A stretch of DNA of 64,000 bases, taken from Macrostomum hystrix (Eukaryota > Animalia > Platyhelminthes). Below, one piece after another: positions 60,470-64,000 of this stretch. Every line of letters begins with the position of its first letter. The stretch's first letter is position 1. The notes beneath the pieces are model-generated. The model searched no databases. It worked only from the letters and a program-made list of their open reading frames with translations, and was not told the DNA's origin. The translations under genes and the position numbers were made by a program. The stretch lies in contig CATNEN010000001.1 of NCBI GenBank assembly GCA_950097015.1, positions 26,598,001-26,662,000 on the forward strand, given 5' to 3'.

Positions 60470-61939
60470 GTTTGTTCTTATTCTTGCAGGAGCTGAGCCA
60501 GTCTTAGATACAGCATTCATGCCTTTATTTAAGTTCTATAAGCTGTAGTTTTCGAATGCATTTCTATAAAGCCAGCCAATCAGCCGCTTTCATAGAAATA
60601 TGCAAATGCCACACCTGAAGCTGGGCTACTAAGAAACCCACACCACATAAAATGATTAAATAGGCCAGCTGCAAGGACAGTTCGTATCAAGTCTTCTTGT
60701 GGAACAGGCCGCAGTTGAACACACGCATATAAATGTGTATGTTGCTTACATGGCTGACCAGCGCACTCATCAGCCAGCGGTTGCTACTCGACAATTAAAT
60801 TAGTTTAAGCGACTTAAATATGCCGGTACAGGTATTAAGCAATAGTGGTAACGAAAATGATCATTAAAAATAGTTTTTTTATCATAGAGAATACGCATGG
60901 CATAGGCATAGCGAACAGAAAAACACCGAGACACAAAAACAACTCAAACTGGTGGGCCTGGCCTCTCAGTTTATCTCCACATTCATCTGTGCTCAAAGCA
61001 CACTCACTGCAGCTCCCGGGGAAATGACTCAACAAAAGCGGCAACGGAAAAGCAAAGGTGTCGGCGACAAAACGAAAAAAGAACAGCCAGAACAGGTGTG
61101 GTGACACTGACAGGTGCCAATCTAGTTTTAAAGACTGACTGCTCACAGAAAAACAAACAATTGCAACAAAAAATCATTTTGTTATCAAATTGAACGGAAT
61201 CACCTAGCAACGAAAATAGATAAATTTATTCTAGGTAAACGAAATCATAGCCTCACATAGCCTCAGGACCGATCGAGGTTATAATTGCCGAAGAACTGAA
61301 AAAAACTAGCAGATAGCGAAAGCGTAAGGAAATGAGCTACTGATAAGTAGTGTGCAGGGCATTCGAACCTTCAAAAGCTAAAAAACGCTTTCAGAAAAAA
61401 TGTAGAAAAAACTCGCACGCGGGCAAAAAACGAACAGATTTTCACGTAAGGCCGAGTGACTGCAGTCTTGTAACAGTTATTTAATTTTAATCGTTAGTTC
61501 TAATCAATTGGAACGTTAATTTTAGGAAAACGACCACAGCTTGGCAACTCGCCAGCTTAAATGATAAAATTATTAGGAAAACTCGTCAACTTGGTAAGCA
61601 AACTTTGTACAGACTTAACTAGGAAATATGAGCTTATCGAAATGAGCAGCAATTTACATTTGAGTGAGTACCAACATCGCATACTAGTAGTAGTAGGTTT
61701 AGTAATAGCAATATTATAATTTTAAACACGGAGATAAATAAACAAAAATTAGCAATCACAGCCAAAATCAGAATATGGAGTTTGTCAGTTTCGCTTAAAG
61801 CCACAGGCGAGCAGGTGACATTGCTTAGTGATGGCTAGTTTAAATCCGGACAGAGCTGAAACAAGAAAACAGTTGCGACACTTATTTGCAGCATATGGCG
61901 GAAAATAGAGGAAAACTATAGGGACATGGGTATGTGATG

Positions 61940-62372
61940 AGATTAAGGGTCAGGGGATGAGAAAAAAGGTCAAGGTCTAAGGGAATAAGGGTCAAGGGAT
62001 GGAAATAAGGGTCTGGGGATTGGAATAAGGGTCAGGGGATGGGAATAAGGGTCTGGGGATTGGAATAAGGGTCAGGGGATGGGAATAAGGGTCAGGGGAT
62101 GGGAATAAGGGTCAGGGGATGGGAATAAGGGTCTGGGGATTGGAATAAGGGTCAGGGGATGGGAATATGGGATAGGGGATTGGAATAAGGGTCAGGGGAT
62201 GGGAATAAGGGTCAGGGGATGGGAATAAGGGTCAGGGGATTGGAATAAGGGTCAGGGGATGGGAATATGGGATAGGGGATGGGAATACGGGTCAGAGGAT
62301 AGGAATAAGGGTCAGGGGAAGGGAATAAGGGGTAGCAGAAGGGAATAAGGGTCAGGGATGAGAGTAAGGGTC
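61940..62372. repeat. 20-bp minisatellite (GGGAATAAGGGTCAGGGGAT)n
   Basis: Tandem copies. Confidence 0.93.
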
Positions 62373-62628
62373 CTTAGATGCTGAACAGTCAACAATAACG
62401 AAAGGAAATTCAGAATTGGAGAGTCAGTAACTATTGAGAGCCACAGAGGTGTGAACAGAACTCACTTAAGTCGAGCTGTAATTTTAGTGGGCAACAAAAT
62501 AGCCCAGCGGGCAGGACATCAAGATAAATAAACTTGGGAATGACGACGAACGAGCGGCGGATGGCAGCAGCAGCAGCATTAGCAGCAGCAAAATTGAGAA
62601 CCAAATTAGTAAGCACAAGAACACAAGC

Positions 62629-62724
62629 TCAAGAAGTAGACAACTGGTGCTGTTGCTGCCTGGACTGCTGGTACTGCAGCAGCTGCTGCGCGTCAATTAG
62701 GTCCGAGTCCAGGCTTCGCACCAC
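62629..62724 (-). CDS. Possible terminal exon (VVRSLDSDLIDAQQLLQYQQSRQQQHQLSTS*) of a gene extending beyond the window
   Basis: CTCTGCAG acceptor and a GC-rich, Gln-rich frame ending in TGA; no homology recognised. Confidence 0.35.
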   Translation of the reverse strand: MVRSLDSDLIDAQQLLQYQQSRQQQHQLSTS

Positions 62725-63107
62725 CTGCAGAGCAGCGGGGTACATTTAGTTAGACTGTTTAGCGTTCTATTTAACAGCTAGCTACTTATAGTAGCATAGA
62801 TTAGAAATCTGTCTGCTAAAAAACAATCGAATTTGCGCACAACTCTACTCCATTAGTTAATCAGTAAGTAGACTGCAAGGAAAATTCATAGAAATTTGTG
62901 ACACAAGCATCTGTTGCGCTTTCACATATAACAGTTCAAATCAGGTCACACAATGAGACTACTCTAGACTAGAAACAATTTTATCACTTATAAATCCACC
63001 GTTCTTGCTGAAGTGTGAATTGAAAACTGGAAGTCAAAACAACAAATTTTATTCACCAGTCGAGTGCTATCCTAATATGCAAACTAATTAAGGACCTCGA
63101 TTTTAAA

Positions 63108-63302
63108 ACCGGAGAGAAGGCTTGGGGGCTTGTCGTGCAATTTACGCCCTTGAGGGCCAACCTCCAAGGCACAGTGAGAGTGTACACTGCCTGACGATGA
63201 GAAAGTCAGTGCAGATGTACACATCTGTGTGCGTGTGTGCTCAGGAGTCAGCGAAATGGGCAGAATTGCCTCTTTGCAGGCTGCGGGTCTAGTGACACCA
63301 AG
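63108..63302 (+). mobile_element. SINE family A, headless copy
   Basis: Core and 3' region match 15333-15692. Confidence 0.85.
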
Positions 63303-63657
63303 TACTATTTATAGTACTATAAGGACTTTTGAAATAAAACATCACAGATAAACGATAACAGATTTCCCATGCATCACAAAAATCTCCCACCTGTCCACCA
63401 ATCCTAATTACTAAGCTACTCAAGAAGAATCTTGACAAAAGGCGCACAACACAACCCGATTATTTCGAGGAAACAAGTACATAGAATCGGAACGTATAAC
63501 ACAGGTACAAAGGTAAATTTTAGCGAAAGACTTACTTATTAGAACTAATTTAGGGTCATGACTTCGCCAATGACAGGCAAAATAAACGGCAAAACAGGGT
63601 CACCTTGGACGATTTTAGCAAACATCAAATTGGAATAGATGGTATTTATTTATAGAG

Positions 63658-64000
63658 GCTTTATCTACCTGTCCTCTGCTCATCCTCATTCTTATCTACC
63701 TGTTCTCTGCTCATACTCAGTCTTATCTACCTGTTCTCTGCTCATCCTCATCCTTATCTACCTGTTCTCTGCTCATACTCAGTCTTATCTACCTGTCCTC
63801 TGCTCATCCTCATCCTTATCTACCTGTCCTCTGCTCATCCTCATCCTTATCTACCTGTTCTCTGCTCATCCTCATCCTTATCTACCTGTTCTCTGCTCAT
63901 ACTCAGTCTTATCTACCTGTCCTCTGCTCATCCTCAGTCTTATCTACCTGTCCTCTGCTCATCCTCAGTCTTATCTACCTGTTCTCTGCTCATCCTCATC
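63658..64000. repeat. 31-bp minisatellite (CTTATCTACCTGTTCTCTGCTCATCCTCAGT)n
   Basis: Tandem copies running to the window end. Confidence 0.93.

Overview
This is animal genomic DNA with spliceosomal introns and many minisatellites. It is most likely a free-living flatworm such as Macrostomum; this is inferred from the SmE16-like EF-hand genes, repeat landscape and low-complexity style, not proven. Left to right: (1) a minus-strand tandem cluster of five divergent single-pass receptor genes with a BCMA/TACI/Grindelwald-like cysteine-rich domain, interleaved with minisatellites; (2) a three-exon NDUFA9; (3) a divergently oriented GPATCH8/ZNF804-like SR-rich gene; (4) two copies of a LOA/R1-group LINE with intact APE-RT-RNaseH ORF2, one 5'-truncated and one full length; (5) secreted WSC+PAN and PAN+C-type-lectin genes; (6) three paralogous 4-EF-hand genes; (7) two identical tRNA-Arg(TCT) genes; (8) many tRNA-derived SINE copies, an RTE-like LINE stub and a hAT MITE. 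The most notable system is RNA-based. The full-length LINE begins exactly at the predicted cleavage site of an HDV-like self-cleaving ribozyme, and its 3' UTR stem-loop is shared, with compensatory changes, by the window's main SINE family, suggesting a LINE-SINE partnership. All structures and gene models were derived by eye.
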